From assembly GCA_964595865.1 (NCBI GenBank), contig CAZQRL010000001.1, positions 260,700 through 324,699 of the forward strand: a stretch of 64,000 nucleotides of DNA, read 5' to 3'. The DNA comes from an uncultured Chthoniobacteraceae bacterium (GTDB lineage Bacteria > Verrucomicrobiota > Verrucomicrobiia > Chthoniobacterales > DYNR01). The translations under genes were made by a program, and so were the position numbers. The notes beneath the pieces are model-generated. The model ran no database searches, was not told where the DNA came from, and saw nothing but the letters and a program-made list of their open reading frames with translations. How positions within the stretch are numbered: the stretch's first letter is position 1; every line of letters starts with the position of its first letter. Positions 17,942-26,756 of this stretch are shown one piece after another.

Positions 17942-18181
17942 TTACTTCATCAACAACACCGCCCGGGCCCGCTTGATTTGCCGGGTGATTTTCCGGTGCA
18001 GATGGGCAGGCATGCCAGTGATGCGGCGGGGAATGATTTTCCCACTTTCGGTGACAAAGCGACGCAGCAGGTCAGGGTTCTTGTAATCAATCGCTTCCAA
18101 AGCAAGATCAACCCGCCGGCGAGGCATGGGTCGGTTGGCGCGACGGAAGTTAGAGCGGCGTTGTGGCGTTTTCGGTTGCAT
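17942..18181 (-). CDS. rpsR: 30S ribosomal protein S18
   Basis: [26 protein letters not shown]...[17 protein letters not shown] is the S18 signature. Confidence 0.95.
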   Translation of the reverse strand: MQPKTPQRRSNFRRANRPMPRRRVDLALEAIDYKNPDLLRRFVTESGKIIPRRITGMPAHLHRKITRQIKRARAVLLMK

Positions 18182-18187
18182 AAGGAG

Positions 18188-18361
18188 TTATTTCACTTCG
18201 CGATGCAGGGTGTGGCGGCGGAGAAACGGATTGTATTTCTTCTTCTCCAGTCGTCCCGGCGTGCGCAGGCTTTTTTTATTGCGGGTGGTTACGTAGCGTG
18301 AGGCGGGTTTGCCTTCGGCAGCCGCTTCGGTGCATTCCAAGGTAATGATATCGCGTGGCAT
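18188..18361 (-). CDS. rpmG: 50S ribosomal protein L33
   Basis: This gene is below the ORF-track length cut-off (57 aa). My translation is [57 protein letters not shown], which has the L33 pattern (ITLECTE...TTRNKK...LEKKKY.P..R.HTLH.E.K). It ends 6 nt upstream of rpsR. Confidence 0.85.
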   Translation of the reverse strand: MPRDIITLECTEAAAEGKPASRYVTTRNKKSLRTPGRLEKKKYNPFLRRHTLHREVK

Positions 18362-18375
18362 GTTCGGAGCAAGAG

Positions 18376-19164
18376 TTAGTCTTTTGGATCGTTAGTAGAA
18401 TCTTCATCTTCTTCGTCGCCGTCCCCGTCATTCAGCCCGAAAAGCGAATTCACCGGAACGCGGGCGCGATGGCGGTTTTGTTTCTCCAGCTCGGCTTGAC
18501 ATTCGACGGTATAGCGAGTGAAGGGCAGAGCTTCGAGGCGAAGATGCGGAATGGGTTTGCCAGAGATCTCGCAAATGCCATAGGTGCCGTCATTGATGCG
18601 CTCGAGGGCCTGGTCAATTTCGTAGAGGGAATTTTGCTCCACGGAAAGCAAGCTCAGGGCAAAGTCGCGATCGTAGGCATCGCTCCCAGCATCTGCTTGG
18701 TGCATGCCAAAGGCACTGCCTTCGCTGCCTTCCGCCCGAGCACGCAATGTATCTTTGGCCACTCCGTTCATGGAATCCAGCAACTCATCCTTGAGGCGCA
18801 ACAGCCGTTGTTTTTGCTTCTCCAAAAAAGCGGGCGAGAGCTTGGCCGTCGGTTTTTGCGCTGCCGGGGCACTGCCATTGTCAGCCACCTTTTTGGCGGA
18901 GGCGTGATGGCCCGCTGCCTTGGATGCTGAGGACTTGCCGCTCGCCGCAGGCTTGGAGGCCTTCGTGGCGGTGGAGGATTTCCCCGCAGCTTTGAGCGAA
19001 GCCTTGGCCGTGGCCTTACTTTTCGACGCGGCCGCGGCAGACTTTGTGGCTGCGGGGGATTTCTTCGCAGGAGAAGGTGCCGTTGATTTTTTAGGTTTGC
19101 TAACGGGCATGGGAGATTTGGCTAAAGGGGATAAGTGCTTATTCCCAATACCCGCTTCCGACAA
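18376..19164 (-). CDS. DksA/TraR-family protein with long Lys/Ala/Ser-rich N-terminal tail
   Basis: The C-terminal part, [65 protein letters not shown], has DksA coiled-coil plus finger layout. Only 2 of the 4 Zn-finger Cys are present. The first about 110 aa are [22 protein letters not shown]-type low complexity. The start is uncertain (19164 or 19110). Confidence 0.75.
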   Translation of the reverse strand: MSEAGIGNKHLSPLAKSPMPVSKPKKSTAPSPAKKSPAATKSAAAASKSKATAKASLKAAGKSSTATKASKPAASGKSSASKAAGHHASAKKVADNGSAPAAQKPTAKLSPAFLEKQKQRLLRLKDELLDSMNGVAKDTLRARAEGSEGSAFGMHQADAGSDAYDRDFALSLLSVEQNSLYEIDQALERINDGTYGICEISGKPIPHLRLEALPFTRYTVECQAELEKQNRHRARVPVNSLFGLNDGDGDEEDEDSTNDPKD

Positions 19165-19226
19165 GGAGAATTTTGCAAAAATTGCCGGGAGAGTCCGCTT
19201 TTTGCTGATGCAAAGAATCCGGTGGG

Positions 19227-20795
19227 GTGCTATGGGAATGGCCCATGCCCGGAACTCGCACCACCTCTGCCCCAGAAGCCTCCGACCCGCACGAGGGCCT
19301 TTGGCGTGCGCTGCGGGCGGGGATTTTGCTGGGTGGGGCTTACAAGCTCATTGCCCGGGTGCCGCGCTGGGTGGCACGCAGGCGCTTCAAGGCCCGCGCT
19401 CTGGACTCCGACGAGGACGTTTCGCTCTTCTTTTTCCCGCTGAGCGATGAAGAGCTCAGCCGCTGGCATAGAGAATGTCGGACTTTGATTCCTTTTGCTG
19501 ATCCGAATCTTTTTCCCATCAGCCGAGTCGAGCAATTCCAGAGCTACCGTTTCGTAGTGGGAGATTGGATCGAGGGGGAGGATCTGGAGATGTATCTCAT
19601 GGAAAACGGCCCGCTCGATCCCGCGCAGGCCAGGACCATTTTTCAAGATCTCCTCGCCTCGGCCCGGCGGTTGTTTTTCGCCGGTCTCCCAGTGCCAGAC
19701 CTGCATCCTGCCCGCATCCTCCTGGCTGAACGCGACGGCACCCTTACTCCCCTCCTCTTTCCTTTGAGTAAATCCGATGAACCGGTGCTAAAGACTGAGA
19801 AGGCCATCTGTAGCGGTCTGCGGGATTTGCTGTTCTCTCTTCTCACCGGTCTGGAAGGTCGTGAGAATTACAATGAACGGATGCTGCAACTCCTGCCTCG
19901 GACCATCTCGGCGGTTTGGGAGCCGATCTTTCTCGAGGAGCCCAACTTCGATCTGCTTCGGGAGCATGTAGATGTGGCTCTGCCGCTGCGTGCTGCTGCC
20001 CCGCTGCACCCCAGAGCACCCCGTCCCCCAGAGCCCGTCGAGCCGGAGGATTTTGAACCACCGCCACGTCGCACCGCCACCCGCGCTCCAGTCCCGCCTT
20101 CGGGAATGGAACTACCTCCCCGGCGACGCCCAGTGCGCTCGGCTCCCCCCAGCTCGAACAACTTCCTCAATTTCCTCGGTCTGGGGATCGCGCTGCTGGC
20201 TCCTCTGGCCTTGGGCTGGGCCGCATGGCACTTCATTTTCGTGCGAGAGCCAGCCGAGCCCCAGGTGCTCTCCATGCGAGAGCTCGCCCCGGATGCTGGA
20301 CTACCTCCCATTCCAAGAGGCAACGCCACCCGACTACAAACCTCTGCAGATGCGGCGCGTTTACCGGCTCCCTCCAGCCCCAGTGACCCGCCGACTTCGA
20401 TCTCCGCACCAGCACTGCCCCCAAGCCATCGCAGTCCCCCCGCATTGCCGCGAGATCCAGCAGCACGGCTGCGCACTTTGGCGGACGAGATCCCCCGCGA
20501 CCCTCAATCTGTCTATCTCATCCGCGAGTTGGACGATCTTCTGGCGGAGCTCACTCGCAGCGAGGCGGAAATCCGTTCCGGCAAGCAACCGCAGATTTTT
20601 CAAGCCTTGGAGGAAACGGCTCAAGCCCACCCGGACATCGCGATCTTCCTCGCCCGGGTCCTTTGGGGACGGGACACGCCAAGAGCCGAATCCATCTACA
20701 TTGAGCTCGCTCGCCAAGGAAACCCGACCGCGCGAGAGATTTGCCGCCAGCGTCTGCTAAATTGGGAAAACCCACCCGGAACGGACACCCCGTAG
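19227..20795 (+). CDS. membrane-anchored protein-kinase-like protein (probable pseudokinase) with Pro-rich linker, one TM helix and helical-repeat C-terminus
   Basis: A kinase C-lobe-like stretch reads VVGDWIEGEDLEMYLMENGPLDPAQARTIFQDLLASARRLFFAGLPVPDLHPARILL...LLFPL. The HRDLKPxN and DFG positions are replaced. A TM helix FLNFLGLGIALLAPLALGWAAWHFIF follows. The start is uncertain (GTG 19227 or ATG 19245). Confidence 0.55.
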   Translation: MLWEWPMPGTRTTSAPEASDPHEGLWRALRAGILLGGAYKLIARVPRWVARRRFKARALDSDEDVSLFFFPLSDEELSRWHRECRTLIPFADPNLFPISRVEQFQSYRFVVGDWIEGEDLEMYLMENGPLDPAQARTIFQDLLASARRLFFAGLPVPDLHPARILLAERDGTLTPLLFPLSKSDEPVLKTEKAICSGLRDLLFSLLTGLEGRENYNERMLQLLPRTISAVWEPIFLEEPNFDLLREHVDVALPLRAAAPLHPRAPRPPEPVEPEDFEPPPRRTATRAPVPPSGMELPPRRRPVRSAPPSSNNFLNFLGLGIALLAPLALGWAAWHFIFVREPAEPQVLSMRELAPDAGLPPIPRGNATRLQTSADAARLPAPSSPSDPPTSISAPALPPSHRSPPALPRDPAARLRTLADEIPRDPQSVYLIRELDDLLAELTRSEAEIRSGKQPQIFQALEETAQAHPDIAIFLARVLWGRDTPRAESIYIELARQGNPTAREICRQRLLNWENPPGTDTP

Positions 20796-20958
20796 AGGGC
20801 AAGGGAAGATATCAGCATCCATCCTGCTGCAGAGGTTTCTCCGCACCACCACCCATCTTCGAAGATCACCTCCGTCGGCCGCTGGCGCGCTTCATGCCGG
20901 GCGAGGAGAGAAGCAGACGGCTTCGCGCGGGTGGTGATTGTGCACTGCCTTGGGCAAC

Positions 20959-21258
20959 CTATTTCTTTTTGCGGCGGCCGGTGACCCGATCAGGGCTTCG
21001 TCGTAGATCAATCACCCCCAGAACTGTAATTTCATCCGCTTGCACCGTGCAGAAAATACCTTGCGGAAATACTCTGCGCAAAAGTCGGTGAAATCTACAA
21101 ACCTCCTCATGAAGGCCTGCAGTGACTTTCAGCTCTTCGATGTTAGCCCGCAAACCCGCAGTAAAGTAATCGCCGAGTCAGAAATCTTCAGCTTCGTTAA
21201 AGAGGAAACCATCATTGAGGTGGCAAAAGGTATCCTCGCAAATGAGGATTGTGCTCAC
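20959..21258 (-). pseudogene. RelE/ParE-family toxin gene interrupted by an in-frame TGA
   Basis: A 100-codon frame runs from GTG 21258: VSTILICEDTFCHLNDGFLFNEAEDF-TGA(21180-21178)-LGDYFTAGLRANIEELKV...VFPQGIFCTVQADEITVLGVIDLRRSPD. The C-terminal part matches the FP.GIFYRV....I.I..V.H.RR.P ParE/RelE pattern. The GTG overlaps the upstream antitoxin-like stop (GTGA). Confidence 0.65.
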
Positions 21259-21422
21259 CGGCGTCCGATTGCGCATTTCACTTCGTCCCAGTCTCGGAGT
21301 TGAGCTTCACCGCGCTCAACGCGTATTTGCGGCTCTTTCAACAACTTGATTAACCCTGTGGGAATTGGCGAATCCCCGTAGCGATGAGACTTTTCTTTGT
21401 CGAACGCGGCAAGCTCACTCAA
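21255..21422 (-). pseudogene. antitoxin remnant (addiction-module-component / RHH-type C-terminus), N-terminally truncated
   Basis: The frame reads ...LIKLLKEPQIRVERGEAQLRDWDEVKCAIGRR*. It resembles antitoxin C-termini (..R..eIe.G....v.weEV...l). The frame is closed by TAG at 21428-21426, so at most about 55 codons remain from a TTG that overlaps the shc stop. Confidence 0.35.
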
Positions 21423-23392
21423 CTCCTACGCTCCAGCACCTCTCGGCAAGCAGCGAGCGCCAAAAGAGGGAAGTGGTTTCGGTAGCTGTCGTATTTGAGA
21501 TAGAAGACTTTCGGGAAACCGGTGCCTGTGGTGGCGTTTTCGGTCCAAGAGCCATCAGGATTCTGGTGTTGCAAAAGCCAAGCCACGCCGCGCTCCAGGG
21601 GTTCCAGAACCACCTCTGGAGCCGAGGAAGCACAGGCCGCCAACCCCATAAGAGCCCAGGCGGTTTGCGAAGGTGTGCTCGGTCCGCGCCCTTTGAGTTT
21701 CGGGTCTTCATAAGAGGCGCAGGTTTCTCCCCAGCCTCCATCCTCATTCTGACAACTACGCAACCAATCGCGCCCGCGCTGAATCCATGGTTCCGTCATA
21801 TCCGCTCCGATGGCCCCTAAGCCCCGCAACACCTGCCAAGTCCCATAGAGGTAATTCACGCCCCACCGCCCATACCACGAGCCGTCATCTTCTTGGGTGC
21901 GCTGCAACATAACTAGGGCCCGCTGCACCTGCGCATCCGAAAGCGGATAACCCAGCTTGCCGAGCAATTCCAGCACGCGGGCAGTCAGATCACTGCAAGT
22001 GGGGTCGAGGATGGCGTTGTGGTCGGCAAAAGGCACATCTTCCAGCCAACGTTGCGTCACGTCTTTATCAAAAGCCGCCCAACCCCCGTCCCGGCATTGA
22101 AAGCTGAGAAGCCAGCGCAGGGCCCGTGCCTGCACCTCACGGTGCCGCTGGCAATCCCTGGGGCGGATCAGCCGCAGGGCCATGAGCACCATCATCGTAT
22201 CGTCGGTATCCGGATAATAGATGTTGGCGTGCTCGAAAGCCCACCCACTGGGTTCCGGATGCGGATTCTTGGCCGTCCAGTCACCGGCAAAACGCACTTC
22301 GCGCTCTTCGAGCCAATCGGCGGCGCGTTGCAGGCTCGGGTGGTCTCCGGGAAGGCCCGACTCCGCCAGGGCAAGGCTGGTGATAGCGGTGTCCCAAACG
22401 GGTGAGAGGCAGGGTTGAATCCGGAAGTCCTCCGGATCTTCGACAAAAAGTCCCGCGAAGTCCGCGCGGGCCTTGCGCAAGATCGGTTCATCCTCCCGGG
22501 TGCCCAGCGCCTCGAGCGCAATCATGGCATTGAGCATGGCAGGATAAATCGCTGCCAAGCCCTCGCTGCCGCTTCCCATGCGCTCGCGCATCCATTCTTC
22601 AGTCACCTTGAGCGCATGGGCGCGCATGGGCTTCCAGGGAAAAGCTTCGTGCAGCTTGAGCAATCGGTCGCAACGCAGGAAGAAATTTCGCCAAGTCCAA
22701 AAACGCGGGTCTTTGCGCAGCGAGAGATCGGTGTTTTCCAAACCGGCGGGATAGAGCTCGTGAATGGCCAGGTGCTCCGGCAGGGGACGCGTGGGTTTGA
22801 GGTGATTGATGATGGCCAACGGGGCCAAGATCGCCCGAGTCCAGGAGGACATTTCGTGGATGCCGAAAGGCAGCCAGCGTGGCAGGAGAAAAATTTCCGC
22901 AGGAATGGTGGGAAGGTGCCGCCAGGGGAATTGCCCCAGCAATGCCAAATAGAGCTTCCCGTAGGTATTCATGTGTGGGATGCCCCCAAGACGCAGGATA
23001 TTCGCCCGCGCCTCCTCCATCCACGGCGCATCCGGAGAATCCCCAGCCAACTTCAGGGCTAGGTAGGCCTTGACGGAGCAATTGATTTCCGAAGGCCCTC
23101 CTTCGTAGATGTTCCATCCCCCGTCAGAGAGCTGCCGCCGCCTTATGTGCGCCGCACATTTTTCCACCAACTCGGGCTCTTTCCGCCCGCTCCATTGCAA
23201 ATAAGCCAGGTAATCCGCGCAGAGCGTGGCGTCCACAAAGAGCTCACATTCCCAGCGCCCGTCCGATTTTTGTATCCCCAGGAGATATTGCTGAGAACGC
23301 GCTATGGCCGCATCCAAGTTGAGAGGAACCTGATCCCGCAGGAGCTCAGAGGCCGGTTGATCGAGTGACTCGGCAAGCATCCCGGCAAGCAT
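21419..23392 (-). CDS. shc: squalene-hopene cyclase
   Basis: 657 aa. The catalytic motif is YYPDTDDTMMVLMAL (DxDDT). Repeated QW motifs are present (QxxDGGW/GSW). The overall N-to-C layout is that of SHC. Confidence 0.95.
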   Translation of the reverse strand: MLAGMLAESLDQPASELLRDQVPLNLDAAIARSQQYLLGIQKSDGRWECELFVDATLCADYLAYLQWSGRKEPELVEKCAAHIRRRQLSDGGWNIYEGGPSEINCSVKAYLALKLAGDSPDAPWMEEARANILRLGGIPHMNTYGKLYLALLGQFPWRHLPTIPAEIFLLPRWLPFGIHEMSSWTRAILAPLAIINHLKPTRPLPEHLAIHELYPAGLENTDLSLRKDPRFWTWRNFFLRCDRLLKLHEAFPWKPMRAHALKVTEEWMRERMGSGSEGLAAIYPAMLNAMIALEALGTREDEPILRKARADFAGLFVEDPEDFRIQPCLSPVWDTAITSLALAESGLPGDHPSLQRAADWLEEREVRFAGDWTAKNPHPEPSGWAFEHANIYYPDTDDTMMVLMALRLIRPRDCQRHREVQARALRWLLSFQCRDGGWAAFDKDVTQRWLEDVPFADHNAILDPTCSDLTARVLELLGKLGYPLSDAQVQRALVMLQRTQEDDGSWYGRWGVNYLYGTWQVLRGLGAIGADMTEPWIQRGRDWLRSCQNEDGGWGETCASYEDPKLKGRGPSTPSQTAWALMGLAACASSAPEVVLEPLERGVAWLLQHQNPDGSWTENATTGTGFPKVFYLKYDSYRNHFPLLALAACREVLERRS

Positions 23393-24726
23393 CAGACGCA
23401 GCAGGTTGAAGCGGCTTCAGTCGGGACAGCGGCTGCCACAGCCTCCTCGACCCGCACGGTCTTTTCCACTTTGCCAGTCTTATGTCCCCGCCCGATACTC
23501 ACGCCATTGAAGGCCTGAACGTTGGCTCCTTCAGCCCGGGGACGCGGTCGCGGCCCGAAATTGAAAGCCAGATTGGCCCAGGTGTCACCGGGCTGTGCAT
23601 TGAGCCCCAAAGTGGCCGTCGGCTCATACCCACAATGCACCATGCAGTTCGCACAACGCGGATCTCGGGCCACTCCATCCACCACACCATAGCGATTCCA
23701 ATCCGTCTGGTTGAGCAAATCTTGATAACTGGGGAAGTGCCCATCGGTCATGAGGTAGCAGGGGCCTTTCCAACCACGGATGTTGCGGGTCGGGATGGCC
23801 CAGGCCGAGCAAGTCAGGTCGCGCTTTCCGGCGAGGAAATCGAGGTAGATCGGCGTGCCGAAGATGGTGTAGCGCTGGGCCCAAGTGCGAATCTCCCGGA
23901 ACTTCTCCCGAGTCATCTCGCGCGTGAGGAAGAAATTCTCTGGGTCTAGCCCCAAGCGCCGCCGCATGTCCTCCTTGGCCGCATCATAATCGTAACCAGG
24001 CGATATGGTGTGTCCATCAACACCAAGCCAGGAGAGGAAATCAAACATCTGCGCGATCTCCGCCATGTCGGTCTCTTTGTAAACCGTGGTGTTGGTGGCA
24101 ACTTGAAAACCGAGGATTTTCGCCATGCGGATGGCGGCGATGCACTCCCGGAAAACCCCCTCTCTTTCCACGATCAAATCGTGCGTTCGTTCCAGCCCAT
24201 CGAGGTGTACATTCCAATAGAGAAACCCATGGGGCGCGATGACTTTCGAGTTCGCCCCAGCACCGGCCCGAATTTCTGCTGCCTGATTTTCCGTGATGAG
24301 CTCTTGGGTCAAGAGTCGCCGCAGGAGCGACTCGGTCTGGGAAGGCTCGCGCGCAAATTGCCTGCGCAGATATTCCCGCATTTTTTTCCGCATGAACATC
24401 CCATTGGTGCAAATATAGACGATGCGTTTCTGCTGCAGCAGTCCGGCCACCAGCTCTTCGATTTGCGGGTAGATAAGCGGCTCCCCCCCACAGATAGAAA
24501 CCATCGGGGCGTTACACTCCTCTGCGGCGGCCAGGCAGTCCGCCAACGGCAAAATATCTTGCAGCGAAGTAGAGTATTCGCGAATGCGACCGCAGCCCGT
24601 GCAGGTGAGATTGCAAGTGTGCAGCGGCTCAAGTTGCAAGACGGTGGCGAATTTCTTCGTCCCGCGCAGTTTATGTCCGATGAGGTAAGCAGCGATCTTC
24701 GCCGTCAGGGCCAAGGGAAATCTCAT
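23392..24726 (-). CDS. hpnH: hopanoid biosynthesis radical-SAM protein HpnH (adenosylhopane synthase)
   Basis: The N-terminus is MRFPLALTAKIAAYLIGHKLRG..LQLEPLHTCNLTCTGCGRI (CxxxCxxC). Its stop shares one nt with the shc ATG (23392). It has a C-terminal extension of about 60 aa. Confidence 0.85.
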   Translation of the reverse strand: MRFPLALTAKIAAYLIGHKLRGTKKFATVLQLEPLHTCNLTCTGCGRIREYSTSLQDILPLADCLAAAEECNAPMVSICGGEPLIYPQIEELVAGLLQQKRIVYICTNGMFMRKKMREYLRRQFAREPSQTESLLRRLLTQELITENQAAEIRAGAGANSKVIAPHGFLYWNVHLDGLERTHDLIVEREGVFRECIAAIRMAKILGFQVATNTTVYKETDMAEIAQMFDFLSWLGVDGHTISPGYDYDAAKEDMRRRLGLDPENFFLTREMTREKFREIRTWAQRYTIFGTPIYLDFLAGKRDLTCSAWAIPTRNIRGWKGPCYLMTDGHFPSYQDLLNQTDWNRYGVVDGVARDPRCANCMVHCGYEPTATLGLNAQPGDTWANLAFNFGPRPRPRAEGANVQAFNGVSIGRGHKTGKVEKTVRVEEAVAAAVPTEAASTCCV

Positions 24727-24930
24727 GGGGCGAGACCATGGCGGCAGTGCTCCGCTCTGTCAACCTGGGCCTTCACTCGCCATGCAACCGCAACGCCCCC
24801 TCCGCCGGGGCGCTGGCTAAGTCTGCAAAGCGTTGGAATTTCCGGAAAGAGCCGCCGGGCTTGACGGCAGCAAGGTCTGCCTGCTACGGCCAGCCAATGT
24901 CCATTCCTTGGAATCGCCAAGCAGGCCTTA

Positions 24931-25684
24931 TTAACCTCGGGTCTTTCTTGGATTAATCGGCATCAAGTCGTATAATCTATTGAAGGACAACGAAAAACAG
25001 ATATTTGCCCCCATGCAAGGTTTTCCGAGGCGCAATTTCGTGAGATTTTGCAGCTTGGGTGCGCCGATGTTGGGGCCCTGACTGCAAGCAATTTGGGTGG
25101 GTTGAATAAGAACACCACTCGTCGAATCTACGGCCTCCTGCCAGCTCGTATTGTCACATTGGCCGAAAAAGAATCTGCTCCCTACACGGGAAGTGTGGAG
25201 GTTGATGAAAGTAACTTCGGCCCCCGGCGGATCCAAGGAATACGCGGTCGGGGGGCAGGAAAAAAAGTAGCTGTGATCGGGCTCCACAAAAGAGGCGCAA
25301 TGGTCTTTTGTTCGCCCGTCATGGACTGCGCGAAGGCTGAATTGATGGGGGTGATCAAGGGGCAGGTCACCCCCAAAGGCAGCACGATCTACACCGATGG
25401 TTGGCGTGCTTACGACGGCTTGGTTTTGGAAGGTTACAAACCTTACCGCATCCATGATCATGACAATCAGTTTGCCAGGGGACGATGTCACATCAACGGG
25501 ATCGAATCCTGTTGGAGTTTTGCCAAACTCCGCCTGGCCAAACTCAAAGGGGTTCGCTGGGAGCACTTCCATGACCATCTCAAAGAAGCAGAATGGCGTA
25601 TCAATCATTGTCGTGATGATCTTTTTTCCCCGCTGGCCAAAAACCTTTCGCTTTCGCCCCTAATTTTGGAAAGACCCTAGTTAA
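24931..25684 (+). mobile_element. small IS1595-family insertion sequence (IS1016-like, about 0.75 kb)
   Basis: Imperfect terminal inverted repeats: TTAACCTCGGGTCTTTC (24931-24947) versus the reverse complement of 25669-25684, TTAACTAGGGTCTTTC, with a 9-nt perfect core GGGTCTTTC. A single transposase ORF lies inside. The element is visibly AT-richer than its flanks. No clear target duplication, apart from a possible TTAA at both ends. Confidence 0.75.
25006..25680 (+). CDS. IS1595-family (ISXO2-like DDE) transposase
   Basis: DDE regions: VEVDESNFGPRRIQGIRGRGAGKKVAVIGLHKRG, IYTDGWRAYDGL, HINGIESCWSFAKLRLAKLKG, FHDHLKEAEWRINH. An N-terminal HTH reads FSEAQFREILQLGCADVGALTASNLGGLNKNTTRRIYGLL. 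There is no ATG; the probable start is TTG 25006 (the ORF track starts at TTG 25048). Confidence 0.8.
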   Translation, partial: CPHARFSEAQFREILQLGCADVGALTASNLGGLNKNTTRRIYGLLPARIVTLAEKESAPYTGSVEVDESNFGPRRIQGIRGRGAGKKVAVIGLHKRGAMVFCSPVMDCAKAELMGVIKGQVTPKGSTIYTDGWRAYDGLVLEGYKPYRIHDHDNQFARGRCHINGIESCWSFAKLRLAKLKGVRWEHFHDHLKEAEWRINHCRDDLFSPLAKNLSLSPLILERP

Positions 25685-25876
25685 AATGCTCTAGAGTCAT
25701 CCGCGTGATCCCCGAGCCGTAAACTTGGATTCTCCTGGCGATCGGGCTGACGACCTTGGCAATCCGTCCCCGACGAGGATGCTGAGCCTCTAGGATTTTT
25801 CCCAGAAACCCTCGGCAAACCGGTTTCGCAAGTAAGTTTCCCCACCGCTTTCGACCCCCAGGCAGTGCGACTGCAA

Positions 25877-26752
25877 TCAAGTGCGTTCCGTCCTGGTCTC
25901 AGCGGCCTGCCGCAGGGCATCTCCGACCAAGTAAAAGCTCAGGGCGGTGATGAAGATTGCCAGACCGGGAAACACAATCAACCACCAGGCATCCAGCAGA
26001 TAGACTTTGCCATCGGTAATGATATTGCCCCAGGTTGCCTGCGGAGGCTGGACCCCAAAACCGAGGTAACTCAACCCCGCTTCCGTGAGAATCGCTTCGG
26101 GAATCCCCAATACGGCAGTGACAAAAATCGGTGCGGCGGCGTTCGGCAGGATGTGCCGAAAAATGATTTTCCAGCGCTTTTGCCCCAAAGTTCTTGCCGC
26201 CCGCACATACTCGGTTTCCCGCAGGGTGAGAAACTCCGCCCGCACCAGCCGAGCGGTCCCAGTCCAACTCACCAGCCCGATGACCACAATGATGTTGAGG
26301 ATATTTGGCCCCACCAAGGCCACCACGGTGAGAATCAAGAAAAAGCTAGGAAAGCACATGATCGCATCCACAGCTCGCATCAGGACATTATCCAGCCAGC
26401 CCCCAAAGTATCCCGAGATCGCCCCCACGAGAACCCCGATGCTCAGAGAGACAAAAACGGCAATAAATCCCACTGTGAGGGAAATATAGGAGCCCTGCAA
26501 CAGCCGGGAAAAGACATCGCGCCCGAGATTGTCTGTGCCGAACCAATGTTCCGCCGATGGCGGCTGCAGCTTGGCCTCCAGGTTGGTTTGGTTGGGATCG
26601 TAGGTAAAATGGAACCCCACCAGCGTGCCCACCCCGGTCAGCAGGGCGATCAAAAAAACCACCGCGATAATGCCCAGGGAGACCATGCCCACAGGGTTGG
26701 CGCGGAAACGCCGCAGCATCCGGGCTCCTGGACTAGAAAAAGCTTCGCTCAT
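25877..26752 (-). CDS. ABC transporter permease (OppC/DppC-type)
   Basis: N-terminal OppC-like region, EAA-loop region YVRAARTLGQKRWKIIFRHILPN, and a C-terminal ...YLVGDALR. Confidence 0.85.
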   Translation of the reverse strand: MSEAFSSPGARMLRRFRANPVGMVSLGIIAVVFLIALLTGVGTLVGFHFTYDPNQTNLEAKLQPPSAEHWFGTDNLGRDVFSRLLQGSYISLTVGFIAVFVSLSIGVLVGAISGYFGGWLDNVLMRAVDAIMCFPSFFLILTVVALVGPNILNIIVVIGLVSWTGTARLVRAEFLTLRETEYVRAARTLGQKRWKIIFRHILPNAAAPIFVTAVLGIPEAILTEAGLSYLGFGVQPPQATWGNIITDGKVYLLDAWWLIVFPGLAIFITALSFYLVGDALRQAAETRTERT

Positions 26753-26756
26753 GGCC

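Noticed and set aside
25685-25876. Possible remnant of an oppD-like ATPase, or of a gene disrupted by the IS.
   Set aside because: All six frames were translated by eye. There is no Walker A or ABC signature. Joining the two IS flanks does not restore a convincing ORF.
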